Below are positions 10,252 through 18,441 of a DNA stretch of 58,423 nucleotides, one piece after another (position 1 is the first letter of the stretch; every line of letters begins with the position of its first letter). The stretch is from Nanobdellota archaeon (GTDB lineage: Archaea; Nanobdellota; Nanobdellia; Pacearchaeales; GW2011-AR1): contig JAHIVP010000023.1 in NCBI GenBank assembly GCA_018816335.1, forward strand, positions 1-58,423, read 5' to 3'. The translations under genes were made by a program, and so were the position numbers. Under the pieces are notes generated by a model. It was not told the origin of the DNA. It made no database searches and saw nothing but the letters and a program-made list of their open reading frames with translations.

Positions 10252-11457
10252 TTACTTCCAACTAACTACCACGTCATCAGTTCGTTCTCTTGGTTTGATG
10301 TCAATCTTGTTTATGTCTTTTTCAAAGCTGCTGGAGTGGAACATAATCTCTCCGGTATAAGCAATCATTGCAGCATTGTCGACTAATAAAGATTTTTCAG
10401 GACAAAAGAAGGCCGCCCCCCTTTCTTTACACATTATCTTACACATTTCTTGTAACCTTGTATTGCAACAAACTCCTCCGCCTAATGCTAGCTCGTTTTT
10501 TCCTGTGTGTGCTAGAGCACGTTCTGCTGCTTCTACCATCATTGCGAAAACTGTTTCTTGTAAAGAGTATGCTAAGTTTTCGACAGTATATTGTTGCTCC
10601 AAATCAGGCTTGCGCCATGATTTTTCGTTAGGAATTTTATTAATCTGAAAAACTTTTGAAGATGTTGATGAGTTAACTTTATTTAATTTAGATTTATCAG
10701 GTAATTTATCATAGAGTTGTTTGAGTTTTGTTAGTAATCCTGAAACTGAGACATCCATTCCTTTTATTGAATAAGGGAGTTCTATTAGGTCTGGAATTTG
10801 TTTTTTAGATGGGTCCCACCCACCCACCCTATCAGTTTGGTTATTAATAGAAGAAGATCTGTTATCAGATTGATTTTTATTAATAGGATTGTTTTTGTTG
10901 TTGGTTATAAATTTCTCAGCTAGTTCAGCAATCTTAGGGCCTCCTGGGAATCCTAAGCCTATGTAACGAGCAAATGTGTCAATCATGTTTCCTACACCCA
11001 TGTCTAGTGTTTCTCCGAAGATTCTGTATTTTTCTGCAGCATAAGAAATTATTTGTGTATTTGCTCCACTTACATAGAGAAGAACTGGGTCTTTTGCTCC
11101 AACAATTTTTGTAATTTCTAAATGAGCTATGCAGTGATTGACAGGAATTATTGGGATTGATAATTTTTCTGCTAATTGTTTTGCGAATTTCATTCCTTCT
11201 AATAATGAAGGAGCTAAACCAGGTGCGTTTGATAGAGCTATAGCTTTTATTTCAGATTCTTTTATATTTGCTTTTTCTAAAGCTTGTTTGTAGATTTTAT
11301 CTTTAACTTTTTCGTGATGTTCTGCTACTTCTGTTGGTATCATTCCACCTTGTCCTGATTTTGTTGTGAAGCTGTCACTGATGTTGCTTAGTATTTCTCC
11401 TTCTTTGACAACAGCCACACCAAAGGTGTGTGCTGTTGATTCAATTCCTAGTATCAT
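10252..11457 (-). CDS. kae1: tRNA t6A threonylcarbamoyltransferase Kae1 with two ~36-aa repeat-derived insertions
   Basis: LGIESTAH, HCIAH, LYVSGANTQ, GETLD, GFPGGP, DNAAMIA; extra segments after ELAEKF and after LKQLY. Confidence 0.95.
   Translation of the reverse strand: MILGIESTAHTFGVAVVKEGEILSNISDSFTTKSGQGGMIPTEVAEHHEKVKDKIYKQALEKANIKESEIKAIALSNAPGLAPSLLEGMKFAKQLAEKLSIPIIPVNHCIAHLEITKIVGAKDPVLLYVSGANTQIISYAAEKYRIFGETLDMGVGNMIDTFARYIGLGFPGGPKIAELAEKFITNNKNNPINKNQSDNRSSSINNQTDRVGGWDPSKKQIPDLIELPYSIKGMDVSVSGLLTKLKQLYDKLPDKSKLNKVNSSTSSKVFQINKIPNEKSWRKPDLEQQYTVENLAYSLQETVFAMMVEAAERALAHTGKNELALGGGVCCNTRLQEMCKIMCKERGAAFFCPEKSLLVDNAAMIAYTGEIMFHSSSFEKDINKIDIKPRERTDDVVVSWK
10595..10705 (-). repeat. 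Family A repeat (bulged-T subtype) translated in frame within kae1
   Basis: AAATCAGGCTTGCGCCATGATTTTTCGTTAGGAATTTTATTAAT is nearly identical to the intergenic copy at 47176. Confidence 0.85.
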
Positions 11458-11575
11458 AAAATAAATATAGAATTAGTATATATAAAACTTAATAAAAAAT
11501 CTTTGATTTTTTAAAACTTAAAATCTAAAGATTGAAACTTAATAAAAATATTAAAAGAAAATAAAAAATAAAAAT

Positions 11576-11716
11576 TTACTTTTTCTTCTTTTTTGCAGCT
11601 TTCTTTTTTCTTCCGCCTCTAGCCATCTTTGCTTCACATACATTTCCTTTTCCATCTACATAGTATAGATAACCAGATTTTCTTTCAACCACGTTTTTAG
11701 CTATAATTTTTCCCAT
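11576..11716 (-). CDS. 46-aa basic protein resembling the archaeal chromatin protein Cc1 family (below the ORF-track cutoff)
   Basis: MGKIIAKNVVERKSGYLYYVDGKGNVCEAKMARGGRKKKAAKKKKK; GGAGGT SD upstream. Confidence 0.75.
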   Translation of the reverse strand: MGKIIAKNVVERKSGYLYYVDGKGNVCEAKMARGGRKKKAAKKKKK

Positions 11717-11783
11717 TTTGACCTCCTTTTTTTGTAATTATTATTTTTCTGACGTCGGTTTAGTATTTAAACTTTGTGGGGGT

Positions 11784-12119
11784 TTATTTGCCGACGATAA
11801 AATCAATTATTTTTTTATTTTTGTTATTAATTGGTATTTCTATTAATCTAGTGAATGGTTTTTTTGGAGAAACAGCGAGTTTAAATGGATGAACTATTTT
11901 AAAATCTATAATTTTATTTTCATTTAACCATATTGCTAAGAAAGAGTAGAAGACAAAAAAAGAGTGAATTGAAGTTTTTGTAGGGGTTTGAAAATCAAAT
12001 AATAATGGGGTGGTCAAGGATGTTGTGAACATTAAACCTTTTATTTTTCCTAGTTCTGAAACCTTTTTTATTTTAGGAATTTCTATTGATTTGTTTTTAT
12101 AGGAAATTCTTAGTTTCAT
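11784..12119 (-). CDS. DUF192-family protein
   Basis: KIKGLMF...SIHSFFVFY...LIEIP. Confidence 0.8.
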   Translation of the reverse strand: MKLRISYKNKSIEIPKIKKVSELGKIKGLMFTTSLTTPLLFDFQTPTKTSIHSFFVFYSFLAIWLNENKIIDFKIVHPFKLAVSPKKPFTRLIEIPINNKNKKIIDFIVGK

Positions 12120-12194
12120 TTTAAGAATTTACTAGACTAAAATTTTTAATTTTTGGATAGTTGAGTTTGTTTTTCATTTTTTGAATTTTAATTA

Positions 12195-12290
12195 TGATTC
12201 CACCTCCCTTGGCAATTTGATTGTAATTATATTTTTGTATCTACAATCAAATTGTTTTTATTAATTCCCTATGATTTTTATGATGAGTCT
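12195..12290. repeat. Hairpin repeat family C (also about 25037-25110, 43530-43620, 48487-48570)
   Basis: C-rich-CCTTG, 9-14-bp stem, then (T)TT(T)ATTA(A)T(T)C; stems co-vary between copies. Confidence 0.7.
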
Positions 12291-12310
12291 AAGTGAGGGT
12301 ATGATTTAAT

Positions 12311-12700
12311 TTAGGTTAAATTATCTTGAAATTCTTTCTTTGATTTATATTCTTGGAAGAGTTGATCAACACTTCTGTCTGTGACTTTGTTATGATGGAC
12401 AAATCCTCCTCCGAAAGTTTTTGGAATGTGCATCATTTCGTGGACAATTATTTTCATTTGATCTTCTTGACTCATTTTATCAAATCTTTCACTTAGGAAT
12501 TCTAAAACATAAAATCCTTTTCTTCCTAAAGCTTTTTGCATAACTTTGTTTAATGCATGGCAACGAGCAATTGTTCCTCTGGATTTTGTTCCGTGGGCTC
12601 TAATGCAAACTACATCATTTAGCTTAACATGATGATATCCGAGAGTTAGGACTATGTGATTTAATCTTTCTTGTATGTCTTGTGCAAATTCGTATTTCAC
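12311..12700 (-). CDS. Putative zinc metallopeptidase (HExxH)
   Basis: IVHEMMHIP motif; GTG start. Confidence 0.8.
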   Translation of the reverse strand: MKYEFAQDIQERLNHIVLTLGYHHVKLNDVVCIRAHGTKSRGTIARCHALNKVMQKALGRKGFYVLEFLSERFDKMSQEDQMKIIVHEMMHIPKTFGGGFVHHNKVTDRSVDQLFQEYKSKKEFQDNLT

Positions 12701-12706
12701 TTTTTT

Positions 12707-13084
12707 TTATATACTAGTTTTTACCTTTTTTTTATGATTTGTTTCTCTTTGATGTCTTTTAAATATCTTCATTGTCGAGACTTGAAATCCTCTTGCTATT
12801 TCTTCGGAAAGCATTTCATCTGATTCTCCTGCTCTTTTTATATTATGAACTACTGCAGTAACATGGTATTTTGGAACTAAAAAATGATTATTTCGATTGC
12901 GTTTTCCTAAACTATTAAGCACTTCTGAAAATTCATCAGTTCTTGTAGACCCAGAGATGTACCCTGTTCTTTGATTATAACTTAGTAATAATTTTCCAGG
13001 AATATATAATAAAAAATCTCCATTTTCACCATATAATGGATATACTTTTTCTGTCATTTCAGTTAATAATTCTTTGTTTAACAT
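12707..13084 (-). CDS. Hypothetical protein
   Basis: ORF overlapping its neighbours in an operon-like run. Confidence 0.6.
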   Translation of the reverse strand: MLNKELLTEMTEKVYPLYGENGDFLLYIPGKLLLSYNQRTGYISGSTRTDEFSEVLNSLGKRNRNNHFLVPKYHVTAVVHNIKRAGESDEMLSEEIARGFQVSTMKIFKRHQRETNHKKKVKTSI

Positions 13085-13290
13085 TTTACTTCTAATATTT
13101 TATTTTTAGATTTTAATCCTGATTTAATTTTAACTTCTTTTTTTAGATGTTTTTTCATTATTTTAATTAGTTCTATGTTTGCTTTGTTGTTTTCTGGAGG
13201 AGATTTTAATGATATTTGATATTCTGTTTCTGATATTTTTGTGATTTCTTGTTTTTTTGAATTTGGTTTTACTTTGATTTTTATTTGCAT
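13078..13290 (-). CDS. DUF167/YggU-family protein
   Basis: IKVKPNSK...PPENNKAN...IKSGLKSKNK. Confidence 0.85.
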   Translation of the reverse strand: MQIKIKVKPNSKKQEITKISETEYQISLKSPPENNKANIELIKIMKKHLKKEVKIKSGLKSKNKILEVKC

Positions 13291-13291
13291 A

Positions 13292-14482
13292 TTAATTAGT
13301 ATGAATCTCTATTGCATCTCTGTGTTTAAGTTCGTGATCTTTTCCTATTGATTTTTTTGTTTTGACGTCTGTTGCTCTGGCAAAGTTGTCTCCGAAGTCT
13401 GAATGGAGTTTGTAAGCAAAGTCTAGTGCTGTTGAACCTGCTGGAACTAGGAAGCAGTCTGGAAGAACATTTCCTTTTGAATCTGCCAGCTTGTTTACTC
13501 CTGCAGGAAATATTGCAATGTAGTTTAGTAATTCAAATACTGTTTTATTTAATACATTTTGGATTCCTGTTGAATTGTAAATATCTAAAACATTTTTTTG
13601 AACAAAATCTAATGCTGTCTTCTGTTTGTCATTTAACTTTTCTTTTTCTAATATTTTGAACTCTTTATCTCCTGAGATATACTCTATTAATTTGTCTTTG
13701 TGAGCCTCTCTTAATGCTAGCTCTGCTTCTGATGAACACGGGATTATTGGATATTCTGGAAATTCATTTTTTATGATTTCTAGGTTTTCTTTTGCTTTTG
13801 GAGTATCACATTTATTTGCAGCAATTATCATAGGTTTTGAGATTTGTCTTAGTTTTCTTGCAAATCCAAAGACCTCTTCCTCGGTCCAAGAAGTTGGTTT
13901 TTCATAATCTAATTTTACTTTTAACATTACTTCTTTGACTAAATTTTCATCTATTTTTAATCCAGAGAATTGAGTTGCTATTTGTTCTGAAAATTTGCTT
14001 TTTGATGTTTCAATACTTTTTGCAAATGTTTTCCATACTTTTTTTAAAATGTTTGAAAACCATAAATCTAATTCTTTTTCTAGAAATTTTATGTCATTTC
14101 TTATATCTGTGTTTTCTGCATTTTGTCCTTGTTCATTTGTTTTTCCTGATAAGTCAACTATTTGAATAAATGCGTTTGCTTGTCTTAAGTCATCTAAGAA
14201 TTGGTTTCCTAATCCTTTTCCTTCGCTGGCTCCTGGGACTAGGCCTGCTACATCCATTAGCTCTACTGGGACAAATCTTTGATGGTTTATACAGTATCCT
14301 TCTCGGGGATTACATTGTTCATTGAAGTCTTTGTCTATACAGTCTATTCTTACATATCCCACCCCGTGATTTGGTTTGATTGTTGTAAAAGGGTATGAAG
14401 CTATTTCTACTTCTGCTAGAGTTGCTGCTTTGAAGAATGTTGATTTCCCTGAGCTTGGTTTTCCTACAAGTCCGATTAACAT
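13292..14482 (-). CDS. ychF: Obg-family ATPase YchF (archaeal type)
   Basis: [29 protein letters not shown]-terminal TGS domain. Confidence 0.95.
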   Translation of the reverse strand: MLIGLVGKPSSGKSTFFKAATLAEVEIASYPFTTIKPNHGVGYVRIDCIDKDFNEQCNPREGYCINHQRFVPVELMDVAGLVPGASEGKGLGNQFLDDLRQANAFIQIVDLSGKTNEQGQNAENTDIRNDIKFLEKELDLWFSNILKKVWKTFAKSIETSKSKFSEQIATQFSGLKIDENLVKEVMLKVKLDYEKPTSWTEEEVFGFARKLRQISKPMIIAANKCDTPKAKENLEIIKNEFPEYPIIPCSSEAELALREAHKDKLIEYISGDKEFKILEKEKLNDKQKTALDFVQKNVLDIYNSTGIQNVLNKTVFELLNYIAIFPAGVNKLADSKGNVLPDCFLVPAGSTALDFAYKLHSDFGDNFARATDVKTKKSIGKDHELKHRDAIEIHTN

Positions 14483-14534
14483 AGAAATGTTGAGAATTAA
14501 AGGTTAATAAATTTAATTAAAAAAAGAAAAAAGA

Positions 14535-14557
14535 AAACCTCAATATTGGAGGTTTAA
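14535..14557. terminator. Hairpin flanked by A-runs (U-run on the minus strand) after the acidic ORF
   Basis: AAACCTC-AATATTG-GAGGTTT. Confidence 0.4.
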
Positions 14558-14604
14558 GTTTAAATAAAAAATAAAAAAATTTAAAACTGTTTTGAAGAGT
14601 TTAC

Positions 14605-14751
14605 TTATTCAGCGTCATCTGCATCATCTGCTGGTGCATCATCTGCTGGTGCATCATCGTCACCTGATTCTTCTTCTTCAGAATCATCAGCTTCAGGTGT
14701 TTCTTCTTCTTTCTCTTCTTCTTCTTCGTTTGTTTCTTCTTCGCCTTCCAT
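14605..14751 (-). CDS. 48-aa extremely acidic peptide (not in the ORF track)
   Basis: MEGEEETNEEEEEKEEETPEADDSEEEESGDDDAPADDAPADDADDAE; GTGAT SD-like site upstream. Confidence 0.7.
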   Translation of the reverse strand: MEGEEETNEEEEEKEEETPEADDSEEEESGDDDAPADDAPADDADDAE

Positions 14752-14888
14752 TTTTATCACGTTTCCATAAATTAAAATTAGTTTTTAAATCTTTCTCTGT
14801 ACTAAGAGTAACAACATTGAGGTTATTAAACGAATACTTTAAATATCTTTAATATAATTTAATTATTGTAGCTCATTGCTATAATAAT

Positions 14889-15006
14889 GAGCCTGTAGCT
14901 CAGCCTGGTTAGAGCACCAGTCTTATAAGACACTGATTCATAAGAATCGGAAACCAAAACTTTCTAGGAAAGCTGGGGGTCCGCAGTTCAAATCTGCGCA
15001 GGCTCA
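14889..15006 (+). tRNA. tRNA-Ile(UAU) with 43-nt intron at 37/38 (14928-14970)
   Basis: GAGCCTG/CAGGCTC; CCAGT-CT-TAT-A|intron|A-GCTGG; BHB CTTA/TAGG with 3-nt bulges. Confidence 0.92.
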
Positions 15007-15063
15007 TTTATTTTTTAATTGTTTTAGATAAATTTAAAAGTAGATTTTTTGTTAGTTTAATAT

Positions 15064-15174
15064 GCCCCGTTAGTCTAGAGGCCAAGGATTCTGCCCTTTC
15101 AAGTGAACCTTTTTAAAAGGTTCCCAAAAAGACGAAGAAAGGCAGTGACCCGGGTTCGAATCCCGGACGGGGCA
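15064..15174 (+). tRNA. tRNA-Glu(UUC) with 38-nt intron at 37/38 (15102-15139)
   Basis: GCCCCGT/ACGGGGC; CTGCC-CT-TTC-A|intron|A-GGCAG; BHB CTTT/GAAG. Confidence 0.93.
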
Positions 15175-15207
15175 TGTTTAAATAACTTAAATATAATATA
15201 ATATAAA

Positions 15208-15327
15208 ATGGCAAGAAAAAGATTAAAAAGAAATGTTCAAAGAGCAATGGCTCGTAGAAGGCGAGGAGCAAAACAAAGTAAGAAAGGTCTTGTGAAAAAA
15301 CAAAGTTTGAAAAAAGTATCTCTGTGA
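15208..15327 (+). CDS. 39-aa Arg/Lys-rich peptide (not in the ORF track)
   Basis: MARKRLKRNVQRAMARRRRGAKQSKKGLVKKQSLKKVSL; TTAAATA box about 20 bp upstream. Confidence 0.5.
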   Translation: MARKRLKRNVQRAMARRRRGAKQSKKGLVKKQSLKKVSL

Positions 15328-15360
15328 AATCTTTGTAATTTTCGAAACTCTTGAAACTTT

Positions 15361-15527
15361 GTTAAACTTTAAATTCATAAAGTTTAAATTGAAAGACACC
15401 AAGGTTTCTTTCTATCTTCCTTAAATTTTGTTAAACTTTAAATTCATAAAGTTTAAATTGAAAGACACCAAGGTTTCTTTCTATCTTCCTTAAATTTTGT
15501 TAAACTTTAAATTCATAAAGTTTAAAT
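15361..15527 (+). CRISPR. Orphan CRISPR-like mini-array, or a 69-bp tandem repeat
   Basis: 35-bp palindromic GTTAAACTTTAAATTCATAAAGTTTAAATTGAAAG twice plus a truncated third copy, separated by two identical 34-bp spacers; no cas genes in the window. Confidence 0.4.
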
Positions 15528-15549
15528 AAGCTCTAAATTCTACAAAAAT

Positions 15550-15936
15550 ATGATAGATCTAAATTTTGATAAACTTGATGGCTTAGTTCCAGCAATTGCT
15601 CAGGATTATAAAAGTGGAGAGGTTTTGATGTTGGCTTTTATGAATAAAGAAGCTTGGGATAAAACTTTGGAAACAGGGAAAGCTCATTATTTTAGTAGAA
15701 CTAAAGATAAGTTATGGATGAAAGGGGAAACTTCTGGAAATTTTCAGATTGTTAAGGAAATATTAATTGATTGTGATGATGATAGTGTAGTTTTGAAGAT
15801 TGAACAAATTGGAGGTGCTGCTTGTCATACTGGTTATAATAGTTGTTTTTATAAAAAAGTAGATGAGAATAAAGATATTAAGATAATTAAGAGTGAGAAG
15901 GTTTTTAAACCAGAAGAGGTGTATAAAGAAAAATGA
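15550..15936 (+). CDS. hisI: Phosphoribosyl-AMP cyclohydrolase
   Basis: [23 protein letters not shown]. Confidence 0.96.
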   Translation: MIDLNFDKLDGLVPAIAQDYKSGEVLMLAFMNKEAWDKTLETGKAHYFSRTKDKLWMKGETSGNFQIVKEILIDCDDDSVVLKIEQIGGAACHTGYNSCFYKKVDENKDIKIIKSEKVFKPEEVYKEK

Positions 15937-15949
15937 AAATTATAATAAA

Positions 15950-16900
15950 ATGAAAATTTTGAAAATTGGGTTGCCTGCAGGAAGTTTGAAAGATGCTACT
16001 TTTGAGTTATTTAAAAAAGCTGGATTTAATATTACAATGAATGGGAGAAATTATAAACCTCAAATTGATGATGATGAAATAGATTGTACATTGATTAGGG
16101 CTCAGGAAATTCCAAAATATGTTGAGAATGGTGTTTTAGATGCTGGGTTAACAGGTGAGGATTGGATAAATGAGACAAGTTCTGATGTTAAGGAAATTGA
16201 GGAATTGTTATATGCTAAACAAAGGTTAAAGAAAGTTAAGTTGGTTATTGCTGTTGCTAATGATTCTAATATTAAGTCTGTTAAGGATTTGGAAGGAAAA
16301 AGAATAGCAACTGAGTATGTTAATATTACAAAAAGATATTTAGAGAAGAATAATGTAAAAGCTTTAGTTGAATTTTCTTGGGGTGCTACTGAAGTTAAGG
16401 TTCCTGAGTTGGCTGAAGCAATTGCTGAGTTGACTGAAACTGGTGCTTCATTAAAAGCTAATAATCTTAAGATTATAGATACAATTATGGAATCTTCAAC
16501 TAAATTTATTGCTAATAAAAATTCTATAAAAGACCCTTGGAAATATGATAAGATAAATAAGATTGCTTTGTTGTTGAAGGGAGCTTTGCTTGCTGAAGAA
16601 AAAGTTGGTTTGAAAATGAATATTGATGATCATCAGTTGAAAGATGTTTTGGAAATTTTGCCTGCATTAAAGCATCCTACAATTTCTCCATTAGGTAAAG
16701 ATGGTTGGTTAGCTCTTGATTCTATTGTTGATGAAGCTGTTGTTAGAGATATTATCCCGAAGTTGAAAGAGTTAGGTGCTGAGGGTATTGTTGAGTATCC
16801 TGTTAATATTGTAGGAAAGGAAAGTCGGCGAAGCCGATTTGGGAGAGCGATATTGCGAAGCAAAGAGCGAACTCTTTTCCTGATATTCAGAGAAGTTTGA
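15950..16900 (+). CDS. hisG: ATP phosphoribosyltransferase (long form); C-terminus replaced by an insertion
   Basis: LKIGLPAGSL, RAQEIP, SWGATE, ETGASL, ACT-like domain PTISPL..EYPVN; the likely native end NKIIP* lies at 17181-17198. Confidence 0.93.
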   Translation: MKILKIGLPAGSLKDATFELFKKAGFNITMNGRNYKPQIDDDEIDCTLIRAQEIPKYVENGVLDAGLTGEDWINETSSDVKEIEELLYAKQRLKKVKLVIAVANDSNIKSVKDLEGKRIATEYVNITKRYLEKNNVKALVEFSWGATEVKVPELAEAIAELTETGASLKANNLKIIDTIMESSTKFIANKNSIKDPWKYDKINKIALLLKGALLAEEKVGLKMNIDDHQLKDVLEILPALKHPTISPLGKDGWLALDSIVDEAVVRDIIPKLKELGAEGIVEYPVNIVGKESRRSRFGRAILRSKERTLFLIFREV

Positions 16901-17184
16901 AAAATGGCGATTATTCATTTTGTATATCCTTATCGTCGTCAATGACTTTTATTTCTGCATCATAACCTTTTATAAATTCTCCTTCATACACTTTTGCATT
17001 ATGTCCTTGTTTAGCCATTTGTCTTGCAAAAGTTATGGCATCCTTTTTATTCCACCGAATGTTATGATGCGTTCCTGCTACATCATAATCTAAAACGATG
17101 AAGTATTTTTTCACTTTCTGTTTAGTTTTTAACGATTTACGAGCCATTTTTCAAATTTGGTGAGCGAAGCGAACGCTCTGAATA
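16805..17184. mobile_element. 376-bp structured cassette inserted in the 3' end of hisG
   Basis: AATA direct repeat at both ends; IRs TATTCAGAG/CTCTGAATA and AAGTTTGAAAAATGGC/GCCATTTTTCAAATTT; three GCGAAGC hairpins; deleting it restores EYPVNKIIP*. Confidence 0.8.
16911..17147 (-). CDS. 78-aa hypothetical passenger protein of the cassette
   Basis: ATG lies inside the right IR; stop is 2 bp from the left IR. Confidence 0.7.
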   Translation of the reverse strand: MARKSLKTKQKVKKYFIVLDYDVAGTHHNIRWNKKDAITFARQMAKQGHNAKVYEGEFIKGYDAEIKVIDDDKDIQNE

Positions 17185-17225
17185 AGATTATTCCTTAGTT
17201 CTTTAGATTAATTTTTGATTTTAAA

Positions 17226-17312
17226 TCCACCACCCCAACTCGTTTGTTTCCATGGTCAACAAACTCGTTTTAGGATTTTGTTAATAAATAAGAATTTTTA
17301 TGATAGGTTTGA
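17226..17312 (-). repeat. Family A repeat, GA/GA subtype
   Basis: CCACCACCCC, GTTTGTT-TCCATGGTC-AACAAAC, TTAGGATTTTGTTAAT...GATAGG. Confidence 0.75.
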
Positions 17313-17358
17313 TTTGTTTAGAATAGAATATAAATATTCTTTAAATTAATTTATAAAT

Positions 17359-17979
17359 CTAATTTTTTAAATATAAAACTTCCCATTTTCTGAGCTGGTG
17401 TTCTGGAATTTCAATTTTATGTACATATGATTTCTTTTTTGGAGAATTTACTCTGTAGAATATTCCCATTATAAATCCTATTCCAATTCCTGATAAATGG
17501 GCTAGGTTAGCTATGTTTGTTGGGTTGAAGTAGCCTATTACATCTGCTCCTACCCATAATATTGATGCTATGAATAAAGGCATTGGAATTCCAAATGCAA
17601 AAACAGCTATTGTCGGACGCATGATTGTTAGAGCTCCAATTACTCCAAATATTGCTCCTGAAGCTCCTAGAGCTGCATCATAAAAGAATACAGAGAATAT
17701 TGAGGCTATAATTCCAGATACAAAGAATACAATTAGGAAATTATTTGATTTGATTTCTTTTTCTAATATTAATCCAAATAAAATAAGTGCGAATAAGTTG
17801 AATAGTAAGTGGGTTATTGAGCTGTGTAAGAAAATTGATGTTACAATTCTCCATGGTTCTGATAGTGTTTTTGATGAATCTAAGAGAAATGTTTCTGTTA
17901 GTCCGGGGATGATGTTTTGAAGGAAGAAGATTATTATCATTATAAAAGATAACCAAAGAGCGTAGAATTTTACTTTCAT
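17359..17979 (-). CDS. Rhomboid intramembrane serine protease
   Basis: PWR..FLH..HLLFN, GASG, AHLSG. Confidence 0.95.
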   Translation of the reverse strand: MKVKFYALWLSFIMIIIFFLQNIIPGLTETFLLDSSKTLSEPWRIVTSIFLHSSITHLLFNLFALILFGLILEKEIKSNNFLIVFFVSGIIASIFSVFFYDAALGASGAIFGVIGALTIMRPTIAVFAFGIPMPLFIASILWVGADVIGYFNPTNIANLAHLSGIGIGFIMGIFYRVNSPKKKSYVHKIEIPEHQLRKWEVLYLKN

Positions 17980-18237
17980 TTTATTATTAATTCAGAAAGG
18001 TTTTTAAATTTAAGTTTGTGAGAGTTTTTTAAGAATTTTATTAATGTAAAGAGAATTTTAATGATAGGTGAGCAGTTTAGGTAGAAAGATTTATATATGA
18101 GATTTTTGATATAAAGTTATGACAGCGAAAACTTTAGGGAGTTATCCCCATTGTTGAAATAGAAGATAATTTTTTTAGCTGTTGCTTTCTTGGAAATGAT
18201 AAGGTTTTTAATGTTCTCTTAACTAAAGAGATATATA

Positions 18238-18404
18238 GTGGATGTTGTGTAACGGTAGCACGCTTGGTTGTGGCGAGCGATTTCGCGAGTGGAGTGGTGG
18301 GTTATCCATTACTCAAAGGCGAGCGAGGTCGGGAGTTGAGGGATTTTGCCCTCAAAACAAATTGCAAAATCCAAGCAGACAGAGTTCGAGTCTCTGCTTC
18401 CACT
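18238..18404 (+). tRNA. tRNA-His(GUG) with 96-nt structured intron at 37/38 (18274-18369)
   Basis: GTGGATG/CTTCCAC; CTTGG-TT-GTG-G|intron|T-CCAAG; BHB TTGT/GCAA; T-arm CAGAG-TTCGAGT-CTCTG. Confidence 0.88.
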
Positions 18405-18441
18405 TTTTATATTTTAGATAAATTTTTGGGGTTAAAGCAAA

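Noticed and set aside
14592-14852. 86-aa His/Leu-rich ORF on +
   Set aside because: Antisense shadow of the acidic peptide gene
16805-17184. hisG insert as a BHB mRNA intron
   Set aside because: All frame-restoring junctions across AATA were tried; none gives a complete 4-bp central helix with two 3-nt bulges (best was 3 of 4 pairs), so a DNA insertion is preferred
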